A stretch of 64,000 nt of DNA from Setoptus koraiensis (taxonomy: Eukaryota > Animalia > Arthropoda). The notes beneath the pieces are model-generated. The model searched no databases, was not told where the DNA came from, and worked only from the letters and a program-made list of their open reading frames with translations. Below, in pieces: positions 11,101 to 22,323 of this stretch; position 1 is the stretch's first letter, and every line of letters starts with the position of its first letter. A program made the position numbers and the translations under genes. The stretch spans positions 22,692,001 to 22,756,000 of the forward strand of contig CM106585.1 in the NCBI GenBank assembly GCA_048013815.1. The letters are read 5' to 3'.

Positions 11101-13269
11101 AAATTGGTAGCATCGCAACGATGAGCTCAAGCATCCAACTGAAGCAATTATATCGAGACAGCGTGTGTTTGTTTTGCGGATCGCGTGGCGCTCAGAGCGT
11201 CCCCTCTAGTAGCTTCGCGCAACTACTGTCGCTAGATTTCAAGCTTGTAAAGCGAGCGTACATAGCAGCAATAGCAGCGTATTAGATGGTCAGGTACCGT
11301 TTAGTGTGGCTAAATGATGATGACGATGCTATAGTGTGATGTTGTAGCAAAGGAGTGGCTGCTGCTGCTGTATCTTGGCCGCGTTAATGGCGGGGAGGAA
11401 TGTCGAAGGGAGAGAGAGCTAGAGGATCATCGACATGGAAGAAGAATCGCTTTATGATTAATACAGCCAGAGAGAAATTGTCTAGATACCATAGATTTGT
11501 AGTTGTGGTTATGATGTGTGTGTGTGTGTGCGTGTGTGTGCCAGTGAGTGAGTGTGAGTGTGTGTGTGCGTACGAGTGCTTGAGCTAACTGACTGCTGGC
11601 GAGACACGCCGCATATCTTACACACAACGATATACATGATGATATACGTAATACGTTGCAGGCAGACAGATAGCTATGTAGGATACAATTATATCCTCGC
11701 CATCACTGCGAGGCCCAGGCGAGAGAGGCAGAGAGAAAAAATTCACGGGCCAAAATAAGAATAATAATAACAACATTAGTGGCTTCGGTTGTGTTGTGCT
11801 CGCCCTGTGTACAGTACTAACTGTGAGTACAGTACATCCCTGTGCTGGTTGCGCACAGTTAACAGCTAGTTGCGCAGCCAGCAGCGAAAGTGTTCTATGG
11901 TGAATTGGTGCGAATAGTGCGAGTGGTGCCAATGATATGAATGGTGAGAGAGTGCGTTCTGTTTGAGTGTTCACTCTACAGGATAATTTACGAGGAAACT
12001 CACAACACAGTCAAAGAGAAGAAAAGCCAGCCAAATAGCAGCTATATTATATATACCTTAAAGTAGTAATTGAGAGTAACATCCTCGCCAGCCAGCCATC
12101 AAGTCAGCCAGCAATAGCTCGACTATAGCAATCGTAGTAGCGATCATCATGCTTATAATTTGACTTTTATTATTTCCATTATTATTATTATTGTTATCTG
12201 CATCATAACTCGATATCATTATCAATAGCAGCAGCAGCAGCACTATTACCACCATCAGTATTATCAGCGGTAGTTGAGAACGACGATATTTATTTATTTA
12301 TATTATTCTCTCACAATATACACCACAAACAGCGTACCGTTTTGTTGAATATGGATAGCAGCAGCAGTTATATCATTTAGGCCAGCAAATAGACGACGCA
12401 TAAGCCAGCACGCATATCCATTCGAACAATAAATTTTTGTTCAATATTCATATTGAAATTTGTCAAAATCGATCAATCAAGGACAATCGGATAGCCAACT
12501 GCAATATCATATTAGGATTACAATAACATCAATTTGTTAATTGACGACCTTTTTCTAAATCAGCTGCTCATTCCATCACAACAATAGACTGTGGTGCTCG
12601 CACTCGCTCTCAACCAATCAGCATTCACCCAATTGTTTATCGAATCAATTGTCGACTTGCCACCTAATATAAACACTATTACAACGATATTGTATCTGGC
12701 CGCTTTATGCCTCTGTCATAATAGCTATTGAACAAACTCAACGCATGCAAGAGATGAATTCTTAGAATGGCAACAACAATTATCAGGAATTCGCCAAAAT
12801 CCCTATTGAGACACAAGTAGATTATTAGAACGTCGTAAAGCAGTTATACACAAGTTGTTATAGCAATCAATGCAAATGAACAGTATTAACACAACTTCAA
12901 CATATTATCATAGTCTGTTTGTAGTTACATCATCTTTTACACACCCGATCCTTACTAAATCACTAAATAAGCCTTCCATTTGTCAGCTAAAACAGTAACT
13001 ATATGATTTCGCGGTCACAGGACAGCCATAATCAACTAGTAATCTTTCACTAGTTCATGAATCCAAGAAACCCAATCTAGATCATATTTAGCCAGCGGCT
13101 ACACCAATTTGGGCTGCATCAATCAACAAGGACTGGTAATCAATAACATAGAAGCAATCACCAGGCGAAACAAAAATATTTACAGTCATCTTTAATCTAT
13201 ACACTACTACTAAACAAACTAATAGTCATCTTAGTATATTGAGTGATTCAGTCATAGCTATAACTCAAC

Positions 13270-14093
13270 ATGGGAAACGAACAGTCGATACCGATGGAGA
13301 TGTGCTCCAATTTTGATCCAGATGAAATCAAACGTCTTGGAAAGAGGTTTAAAAAATTGGATATAGATAATTCTGGCTCGCTGTCAGTAGACGAATTCAT
13401 GACACTCCCTGAGCTGCAACAGAACCCTCTTGTGCAGCGAGTAATTGATATTTTTGATACTGACCAGAATGGTGAAGTCGATTTCAGAGGTAACTCATCG
13501 ATCTAAATCTCACGAATTCTCTCCATCTCTCTTTCTTAGTTTCCTCAGTTCAACACAGCTAATCAACGTAACAATTCATTTTATCCAACAATCTCGTCGT
13601 GTAGAATTTATTCAAGGCGTATCTCAGTTTAGTGTCAAAGGTGACAAAGAATCCAAACTAAAATGTAAGAACATGATGAAACACTGCCTAAATGCTCCTC
13701 TACTTGTACTCTAACAATACCATCGATTCTAACTATGTGGCCACGATCTTTTGTTTCTAAATGTGAACAGTTGCTTTCCGCATATATGATGTAGATAACG
13801 ATGGCTTTATTTCTAATGGGGAGCTATTTCAGGTGCTCAAAATGATGGTTGGAAATAATCTAAAGGATGCCCAGTTGCAGCAGATAGTTGATAAGACTAT
13901 ACTATTTGCTGACAAAGATGAAGATGGCAGGATATCATTTGATGAGTTTTGTGTTGTAAGTATATCTTTTAGAGGAGCAATGAACAAATTGTGTTGCGTT
14001 ATTAACAAATAATTTTCAATCAATCTTTTCATTCACATCATACAGGTTGTAGGAAACACTGATATTCACAAGAAAATGGTAGTTGATGTTTAG
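13270..14093 (+). CDS. CanB: Calcineurin subunit B, 170 aa, 4 exons (13270-13489, 13605-13664, 13771-13955, 14046-14093)
   Basis: MGNEQS myristoylation signal and four EF hands ([48 protein letters not shown]). All three introns are GT-AG with compatible phases, and the exons sum to 513 nt, ending KKMVVDV*. Confidence 0.97.
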
Positions 14094-14420
14094 ATGTAGC
14101 AAGGTCAGAAATTGAAGGCTCTGGTCCATCTATCTCAAAGGCGGGGTCTGTCTCGCACACCTGTATAATGTCATATCACCATATTGAACTATTCAAAGGT
14201 GGCAATCTTACATAATTTGTTAAGTCGTGGTCGATACTTGCTATTCATATATATCGACTACGATACTATCTGGCTTCAAGCATCTCCTTTGTTGCAATTT
14301 TGAGTTTTTTATCATCTCGACAACAAAAGAAGTTATCATCAATTGAATAAATGAATGTTTGTATATGTCATAAAGAAGATTGAAGTTGATTGAATCTGAT
14401 TTTTAGGGATATTAAAAAAT

Positions 14421-16400
14421 TCAAGCCAGTTTATTAAAATTTGTCGACGGTGTTTTCATTATTTCTCTCAGGCACATCGTTGCGTATGCAGAGGGGGGCA
14501 AAGTGAATGACACAATCAAGGCTTCGTCGTTGGAGTCACTTGTGGGTAATACCGTCTTTTTGTCAACATTATAACCTAATCGATCAAGGTCGGTCTCTAT
14601 TAAATTCTGGTTAGGATCCGAATAGCTCTTAAGCGACCATTCAACATCTGTGGGTTTCACAATTAGTTTCCTATAAGAACCATAAGAAAGAAAAAGCTTT
14701 TCCCTTACTTTGAAACTTTCTATAGAAAGACCATCATTTTTCAGAAGTTCTAACATGAATGTACCGACATCATTATCTGTAATTTTACTTTTAGAACCAA
14801 TCAAGGGAATAACAACATCTTCTATTGATGAATCACAGATGTTATCTTCAGTTACAGTTGTTATCTTGAATTCGAGATCTTCCAGAGGAGATATTTTGTC
14901 TTCTACTAGTTGCTTCTCAGTTGAGCTGTCACATGTCTTCAACTCTTGACCAAATGGAATATCTTCACATAGTAAATCTAAGGTACTTTCGTCCTTTAAT
15001 AGTATATCGCCAACGATAACTTTGTGGCCATACTTTTTGATTCTGTACGAAGCTACTTTGTTCCAAATCAGACTTTGATAAGAATGTACATATATGCTTC
15101 TAATATTTCGAGGTAGAGAAATTATTGCACCACAATAATCCTTTTCATTGTTTTGTCTGGCTAACCAACGAAGAATCGTACCTTCATTGGTGTACTTCAT
15201 TTGTGGAAATTCCTTGAGAACTTTAGCTGGATCCTTAGTTTCTCTCCACATGTCGATGGCTTGATTATGCAATTGAGACCTATTTCTGTGATTGTTGTTA
15301 TTCGTAGATTCATCATAGCGATATGACATTATAAGATCGACAGCTTTTTCCCATTTTTCTTGCAGTATGGCAAGTCCTATCTCGAACGTATGATTTGAGT
15401 ATGTACCAAACCGCTGTAGACCGAAATAGTTTATAAATCCATTCTTTGCTATGGAATTCATTGATTCTTCTATCACATCTTTGTTGTCATAAACTATGTT
15501 CCTTATTGCCACCTCAAATTTGTTTGCTTTTAGCTGACCAAGTTTCAGGGGTTGTTTCCTAAAACTAAAGTTGCCTACCTTAAGACAAGGAAATCGAGAG
15601 TAACGTTTGGCGGCATTAAGGAGCCGACTAGGTTCCATTTGCCAGCAGCTGATCCACTGAGAGGTAACTGCTCTTCGATCCTTGGTACCCGAATATCCGA
15701 AGGAGGTTGGTTTAATGTGGAGACATGAGGCTAACATGCTTATGGCATCCATGGTGTCTCTATTCTCTTTATAAAGTACAAAATACGTGTGCTGCAATCG
15801 ATCTCTAGGCCAAAAGTTTTTCTTTCTTGTTGTTTTTCCTTTGCGTTTTATCAAAATATATTTGTTCGGTTCATCGTTGCTATCCGGATTAGGTGGATCG
15901 ACAACGGTTGTGCTATCTATTCTGTCAAATGAGCTACTGATCGCGTGATGCAATTCTGTTCTGGCTTCTTTATTCATATTGGTGACTTCAATTTTAATTT
16001 CAGGTAAGGATCCTTTCATGACCGCATCAATAGAATCGATTTGTTCTTGATTTAAAATGCTGTCAAGTTTTGGACTGTCTTGCACCTCAAGTTTTTCGTC
16101 GTCAGGGATCTTTGTATTAGTTAAATGTGCTGAATTTCCTTCCAGATCTATCTCATGCACAATGAAGTCCGCGTATCTACACTTGATCAATCCATGGAAA
16201 CTGTTTTTGGCATCACCCAAATATAACTCGATTCCCAAGTTGCTCTCTATTACAATAGGCTTTACCGGACGGGTCAAGTCAACAATTTGATTTTGGTTTT
16301 TCAGACAATCCTTGGTGACGCTATTGTGATCACCGTCAGGGGTGTTGGATTCCGATCGGACCTTTTTGATAGGGGGCTCATGATTCATATTTTCAGCCAT
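14421..16400 (-). CDS. PUS7: Pseudouridylate synthase 7 (TruD family), intronless, 659 aa
   Basis: GLIKCRYADFIVHEID, catalytic GTKDRRAVTSQW, NKFEVAIR, GFINYFGLQRFG, YVHSYQSLIWN, GSYRKLI and FTLPPSAYATMCLREI. Confidence 0.96.
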   Translation of the reverse strand: MAENMNHEPPIKKVRSESNTPDGDHNSVTKDCLKNQNQIVDLTRPVKPIVIESNLGIELYLGDAKNSFHGLIKCRYADFIVHEIDLEGNSAHLTNTKIPDDEKLEVQDSPKLDSILNQEQIDSIDAVMKGSLPEIKIEVTNMNKEARTELHHAISSSFDRIDSTTVVDPPNPDSNDEPNKYILIKRKGKTTRKKNFWPRDRLQHTYFVLYKENRDTMDAISMLASCLHIKPTSFGYSGTKDRRAVTSQWISCWQMEPSRLLNAAKRYSRFPCLKVGNFSFRKQPLKLGQLKANKFEVAIRNIVYDNKDVIEESMNSIAKNGFINYFGLQRFGTYSNHTFEIGLAILQEKWEKAVDLIMSYRYDESTNNNNHRNRSQLHNQAIDMWRETKDPAKVLKEFPQMKYTNEGTILRWLARQNNEKDYCGAIISLPRNIRSIYVHSYQSLIWNKVASYRIKKYGHKVIVGDILLKDESTLDLLCEDIPFGQELKTCDSSTEKQLVEDKISPLEDLEFKITTVTEDNICDSSIEDVVIPLIGSKSKITDNDVGTFMLELLKNDGLSIESFKVREKLFLSYGSYRKLIVKPTDVEWSLKSYSDPNQNLIETDLDRLGYNVDKKTVLPTSDSNDEALIVSFTLPPSAYATMCLREIMKTPSTNFNKLA

Positions 16401-17592
16401 GGTGATTCTGATTTGTGTCCTCTATGGTATGCTTTGGATGAATATATTCTAGAATAAATATGTAACGTATTGTCAAGTGGCCAGTAAATAAAATCAGGAA
16501 ATAACAGGAGAAATGACGAAATGAAATGATCACGTTTTGTATGTTTGATCGTCGGATCGTAGCCGTTGATGCACACAACGTCATGGCCAACGCATGCGGA
16601 ATTCATGTCGTGAATAAAGTTTATCGCTTTGATTGTAGTACATTTTTTGCACGCATTGCGGCGCGGCGCGAGTGCACCTTGCCTATGCCATGCGTAAGAT
16701 AACTTGGATAATTCACGCAACCAGAGGTGCTCTCATTGGGGCCTGACAATAGTGGCACGAGCTCAATGCTGCCCTCTGCTGGGGTTCCAAATCTGAAACT
16801 GTAACAGTTGTCAGGAATTGTACCAGGTATCCCAGGCACTTTAGAGGTGTCCCCTTTGAGACACAGGCCCAACTGGGAGGACAAACCAACCGGGACAACC
16901 AAGGCAGTGTCGTAACAAATCGGAGAAGGTCCGCGAAGATTCAGCATATTTCGATTGTATCGACTGTCGCCCCGGTGATTGTCCGACAATCAATAGATCG
17001 CTCGTTTTGGTCAGAGATTACAACAACTATCACCTCCAGCTTTTGGCTTCGTCACCACGTTAGCGAATGTTGCTGTCGTCGCGACTGACTAATGTCAACT
17101 GGTGGAGTTGTCTCCATTTTGACAACAATTATTGCGGTCAATGTGATGTGATCTACACGAAATGTGAGTGCCCGCTTCAAATTTCATCCGTGTTGTTGTG
17201 CTCACGCATTGAACGTACAGTTGCACTATGCCCAGTAATCGATTGTCGTGTGTAAAATGAGGCAACGCGATCATGACTCGTGCTGTGTAATGCATATTGA
17301 TATAAGCGACTATTACGTGTGCTTATTAGTCTCTATCTATCTGTAACCCTTTTATCTCATATTTTTATGTTTCTCATTGTTGTTTGTCGTTTGTTTGTGT
17401 CGACGGGACCTGCAGTAGCTTTTCGGTGGTTTTTCCACACCGATACACACACACAATTCATTACACCATACATCAAACAGCTAACAACATAAGAAATAAA
17501 ATAAACAGTCTCATGTCGCTCCCAAATAGAACGCAATAGAGCCAAAACCAAAACAAGTCCACTTCATCATTAATCGAGCCACCAAATTAACC

Positions 17593-20505
17593 ATGGATCC
17601 TGATCATCAACAAGCCAATTGTCACTGTCACATTTGCGAGTACATTTGTTCATGCGGTGATCTCGATTTGGGCTTCAATAAGCATTTCCCACTTGAACCA
17701 TCTATCTCTCTCGAAGCCAGATCATCCCTTCTGAAAAACATACTGCACGAGTATGCCCACAACAAGCCATTGTTCAGTTCGGAAGATTGGAGATTGGAAA
17801 AATTCTCGCAGCTCGAATCAGATATGTTTACGGTTAAATCTTTGTTGAACAAGTTTCAAGTACAAGAATGGAATAACATTACATATCGCTTAGATCTTTC
17901 AACAGGTGCTCGGAAAGCGACTTCGAGAGACTTGTTTGGTCCTCAGTCTCGGCACACATTGACTGTAACATGGTCGAAACTTCGAGAGCTTCTTGTTAAA
18001 TATCATGATGAATTATTCAAGGAGCTCATTTCAAGCGAATCATCCGACACTACTTCACCATCCAAATTCCTGACTCTCCATTTGTGTGAAATGCCCGGCT
18101 CTTTTGTCAGATCTCTCAAATTCTACATTCAAGAAAACTTTCCACATGCTCAGCACAAATGGTTGGCAACGTCCTTGAATCACTACCACGAGCATTACGA
18201 TGTTCTTGCTGCAGAATTCGTGAGTTATCGTAACATAGCTGAGAAAGACTATGATAATTGGCTCTTCTTCAATAGCGACAAGGGAGATATCATGGATGAA
18301 GACGACTTGCATAGCGCAATCACAAATGAAGAAGAATCATCTGGAAGGAAGACCATCATAAGGCATCACTTTAATCTGATTACTTGTGATGGTGGCTTCA
18401 GTTGTGAACATCATCCCGAGATGCAGGAGAAATTGACAATTCCTCTGAAGTTTACCGAAGTTATCACCTCCCTCATAGCATTGAAAACATCTGGCTGCTT
18501 GATTCTCAAATTCTATACCATGTATGAATATAATTCAATTTGTCTAGTATACCTGTTGTTCTTGTTGTTCGAAAAAGTACACATAACCAAACCATTCACT
18601 TCGAAGCACGGCAATTCCGAGGTATATTTAGTCTGCACCAACTATCTATCAGACGACACTATAGACGTTAAAGTCCTGGACATGTTGCTAGATCGTATCT
18701 TAACTCAAGCTCACAGGGCCGCCCCAGACGGAAGTAATACATTGTTTGACAAGTCCTTCGTCGACGAAACATTTGTGGATGCTTTATTCGCAATTGTGAA
18801 ACAATTTAGCATCTACCAATCTAACTATATCCAGCAATCTTTAATGTTGAATGATCACCTCTCAACAAAAGACTCATGCTGTTCGATAAACCTAAGAAAA
18901 ATTCACATTGAATCGAAAAGAATATTCATGATCAAAAATAGATTGAATACAGATATAGTTGCTGGCCTTTGTAAGCGCTATGAAGAAGAAATCAGCAATT
19001 CTATTCTAGATGCTGATCACGAGAAATACCTGGAGAATCCACTCACGGCTGGCAATAGAATAATCTTAACTCGACCAATCAGGAGACTAAAACACCTATT
19101 AACATACGAGCAGAGGGTTAGATTTGATGACTGGACAGCAACTCGATACGCTTTCGATGCTAGAGGATTGCCGAAGGTTATAGGGGATTTCGAGTTAACA
19201 GCGTTATGCAAAAACATATTCTTGAAGATATTATATGTGGATTCAGACGAGAGTAGGCAGTTCATGGAACAAAAAAGCTGTTGGCTGAAACCAAAATTGG
19301 TCGAATGTAGTTCTGTCGATTTTGGATCCATCAAAAGCTCTAGATTTTGCGATCTAAGCTTGTTGAACCTATGGACGAACCTCAAGAAAATACATCAACG
19401 GTTAGTTCAGACAGGTTCGCTAAAACTAGGTCGAGAATGTAATTTCGGACCGCTCAAAATTAGTAGCAAGTCCAATTTTTATAATCATCCATTCAAGAGT
19501 GCGGCGACTGCAATAGGGGTGGCAATAAGAAATGAACTTTTGCTCAAAATACTGCCTACTAGCGAGCCTTGTCAAAATGGTTTATTCGATATTATTGAGT
19601 GGCCAATCAATCTCGACATTGAGATCAAGCCTACCTACCGTACTGATGAACAATTGAAATTCGAGTCGGATGCTGTTCATAACATCGGAAAACAATCGCT
19701 AGAATATATCACTAGTATGATAAAGCGACATTACCCATCAAGTACGATCAATCTAGGATCTTCCGAGAGGTCAACGCCAACAAGGGTGTATCCAGTGAGA
19801 AGTCGCATTCACTTGATATCTCCTAAAGAAAACAGAGACGATGAGAGGTATTTTATGTTTCAGGATGAGTGGGCAATCTGTAGAAAACTCGTTGGAACTT
19901 TGACAAAGCTGCTAAATTATGAGCTAGAAAACGAAAGCAACTCTAGAGATTGCCTTGATGACACATTAATAATATTTACACTGCCTCATATGTTGACTCG
20001 TGCGACTGTTGGTTTGTTATTCCTGTTACATAACGCGATATTCGAGCAATTCTGCATAGTTCCTAGAATTCCTTTCTCCAGCATGGTGAAAAAATCGGAT
20101 TCAAATAGTCAAAATTGGAGAGAAAGAAGCAATGTAGATGAAAAAACTTGGGATTGTGATATCTCCTTAAACCAGCTAATCATCATGAAGAGCTCAGCCA
20201 ATGCAAAAACTTCCAGATACAGGACCAATCTAGAGAGCGTTCTCTCGATTTTATCCGATTTGGAAAACAAACTCGCTGCGAACCCGAATCTTGTCCCTAT
20301 AGAACTCGTGGCGACGCCATTCTTGTTAGCTAACAAAAGTTTTTATGAGCAAATTTACGCCGCCAACTTTGTTCGCACTTTAGTTGAGTCGAGCATGGTT
20401 AAATCACCAGTATATGATAATATAGAACAAGTCAGAGAAATCAAACACAATGAACCAAATCTTGTGCCTCATCTTGTGCTTCATAGTAACGACTTCAATA
20501 CTTGA
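17593..20505 (+). CDS. CMTR2: Cap-specific mRNA (nucleoside-2'-O-)-methyltransferase 2, intronless, 970 aa
   Basis: RrmJ-type motifs TWSKLRELL, LHLCEMPGSF, LITCDGG, LILKFYT and KPFTSKHGNSEVYLVC; the K-D-K-E tetrad appears intact. Confidence 0.88.
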   Translation: MDPDHQQANCHCHICEYICSCGDLDLGFNKHFPLEPSISLEARSSLLKNILHEYAHNKPLFSSEDWRLEKFSQLESDMFTVKSLLNKFQVQEWNNITYRLDLSTGARKATSRDLFGPQSRHTLTVTWSKLRELLVKYHDELFKELISSESSDTTSPSKFLTLHLCEMPGSFVRSLKFYIQENFPHAQHKWLATSLNHYHEHYDVLAAEFVSYRNIAEKDYDNWLFFNSDKGDIMDEDDLHSAITNEEESSGRKTIIRHHFNLITCDGGFSCEHHPEMQEKLTIPLKFTEVITSLIALKTSGCLILKFYTMYEYNSICLVYLLFLLFEKVHITKPFTSKHGNSEVYLVCTNYLSDDTIDVKVLDMLLDRILTQAHRAAPDGSNTLFDKSFVDETFVDALFAIVKQFSIYQSNYIQQSLMLNDHLSTKDSCCSINLRKIHIESKRIFMIKNRLNTDIVAGLCKRYEEEISNSILDADHEKYLENPLTAGNRIILTRPIRRLKHLLTYEQRVRFDDWTATRYAFDARGLPKVIGDFELTALCKNIFLKILYVDSDESRQFMEQKSCWLKPKLVECSSVDFGSIKSSRFCDLSLLNLWTNLKKIHQRLVQTGSLKLGRECNFGPLKISSKSNFYNHPFKSAATAIGVAIRNELLLKILPTSEPCQNGLFDIIEWPINLDIEIKPTYRTDEQLKFESDAVHNIGKQSLEYITSMIKRHYPSSTINLGSSERSTPTRVYPVRSRIHLISPKENRDDERYFMFQDEWAICRKLVGTLTKLLNYELENESNSRDCLDDTLIIFTLPHMLTRATVGLLFLLHNAIFEQFCIVPRIPFSSMVKKSDSNSQNWRERSNVDEKTWDCDISLNQLIIMKSSANAKTSRYRTNLESVLSILSDLENKLAANPNLVPIELVATPFLLANKSFYEQIYAANFVRTLVESSMVKSPVYDNIEQVREIKHNEPNLVPHLVLHSNDFNT

Positions 20506-20762
20506 ATCATTAATATGAATAAAATTATTGTCATGAAGAATCAAGGGTAGGTTCGCCACACGTTCACAATAGGAAGCTCGAGTCAATTAGTCTCAACATA
20601 GTAGACTCATTGAAGCTAAAAGCAATCATCAAAATATAATTTTTATCCTGCCTAAAGACTGGCAAAAAAAACATGCAAGAATTTAGTTTGCTTATATAGT
20701 GGAAAGAACAATGTAAAGTCTTAAAGGAACAATAAAGTTATCCAGAACTCCGCAGTTCTTCA

Positions 20763-22037
20763 TTAATCCGTGGTGAAAGCTTGCATCCCTGTAATCGCTC
20801 GTCCAATGATTAGAGAATGTATGTCAGAAGTTCCTTCGTATGTGAATACAGACTCAAGATTCATCAAGTGTCTTATTATATGGTACTCGTCGGATATTCC
20901 GTTTGCGCCAAGCATATCTCGACACACTCTAGCTGTTTCCAAGGCTTTCTGGCAGGAATTCTTCTTTATTATGCTAATCATCTCTGGTGTTGCGAGATCC
21001 CGGTCTTTCAATCTGCCAACTCTTAAACAAGCCTGCAAACCGCATGCGATATCTATCACTATATCGGAGAGTTTCTTCTGAATAAGCTGGTTCTTTGCCA
21101 ATGGTCGACCAAATTGTATTCTCTCCGTCACGTAATCCTTTGCTGTATGCAAACAAAATTCCGCCGCGCCTAGAGTTCCCCATGCGATGCCGTATCGAGC
21201 ATTATTCAGGCAACTGAATGGCCCTCTCAAACCAGACACATTAGGCAACATGCTATCTTCTGGAATGCATAAATTATCCATCATAATCATACCCGTGATA
21301 GAGGCTCTGAGTGAAAATTTACCGTCTATTGAAGGGGTACTCAAGCTAGACTTATCTTTCAAGATCGACCTGTCAACAATGAATCCTCTAATCTTGTTAC
21401 TGTCATCCCTTAGCTTCGCCCATACTATAGCCACATCGGCTATCGGCGAGTTGGTAATCCAGGTCTTGCAACCATTTAAGATATATACTTTGGCTTCGGC
21501 GTCATACTTGGCGTTGGCCTCCATTGAACCAGGGTCACTGCCATGATTGGGCTCTGTCAATCCGAAACAGCCGATTAGTTCACCTTTGGCCATTGAAGGT
21601 AGATATTTTTCTTTTTGCTCATCACTGCCGAATTCATAAATAGCATTCATAGCCAAAGAAGATTGAACACTGAAAGCTGATCTATATCCGGAATCCACAG
21701 CCTCAATTTCTCTGGCCATCAGGCCGTAGGCAACGTAGGATGCCCCTGCACAGCCATAACCTTTAATTGTTGGTCCGAGCATCCCGATTGAGCCCATTTC
21801 CCTGATTATGTTTTTATCAAACTTCTCTTCACGGTTCGCCATCTTTATTCTAGGCATGAGGCTCTCTTGACAATAGGAACGAAATTGGTCCCTGACTATT
21901 CGCTCTTCCTCATGGAGAGAATCCTCCAATAGAAGAGGATCTTTCCATACGAACTTCGAGGCGCATCTTTTTGCAACTGTTATTTTGTTTGGGGATCTAT
22001 GATAGATCGATCTGCTCAGAATGTTGAGGGAGTTCAT
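20763..22037 (-). CDS. GCDH: Glutaryl-CoA dehydrogenase, mitochondrial, intronless; likely ATG at 22037
   Basis: [57 protein letters not shown] and TYEGTSDIH with the catalytic Glu. The N-terminus is Arg/Ser-rich like a presequence. The ORF-track start is TTG; the first ATG is 12 nt downstream. Confidence 0.96.
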   Translation of the reverse strand: MNSLNILSRSIYHRSPNKITVAKRCASKFVWKDPLLLEDSLHEEERIVRDQFRSYCQESLMPRIKMANREEKFDKNIIREMGSIGMLGPTIKGYGCAGASYVAYGLMAREIEAVDSGYRSAFSVQSSLAMNAIYEFGSDEQKEKYLPSMAKGELIGCFGLTEPNHGSDPGSMEANAKYDAEAKVYILNGCKTWITNSPIADVAIVWAKLRDDSNKIRGFIVDRSILKDKSSLSTPSIDGKFSLRASITGMIMMDNLCIPEDSMLPNVSGLRGPFSCLNNARYGIAWGTLGAAEFCLHTAKDYVTERIQFGRPLAKNQLIQKKLSDIVIDIACGLQACLRVGRLKDRDLATPEMISIIKKNSCQKALETARVCRDMLGANGISDEYHIIRHLMNLESVFTYEGTSDIHSLIIGRAITGMQAFTTD

Positions 22038-22323
22038 TTTTAGTCTCAATCTTTATCACTAAAGCCATTGGCCAAAACAGCACAATTAGGTGATTCGGGA
22101 AGGTTGAGATAGTTTCAACATCTGCTTTTGCTCATTGAACGGTGTAAATAAAAAGATGAGATGATAAGACATTTATGTCACGACAAATGACTCATTAGAG
22201 AAACAAATTTCGTTGTATCATTATCAGACAAGGGTCTACAAGGATATGTAGGATATCTTTTTATTTAAATAATAACAGTTTCAATTCAGTTTGCAGGCAA
22301 TAGGAGGCGCGCGCGAATGTTTT

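Noticed and set aside
16738-16750. GGGCCTGACAA, a word present in U6atac snRNA
   Set aside because: The GGAGAGA box and the rest of U6atac are absent.
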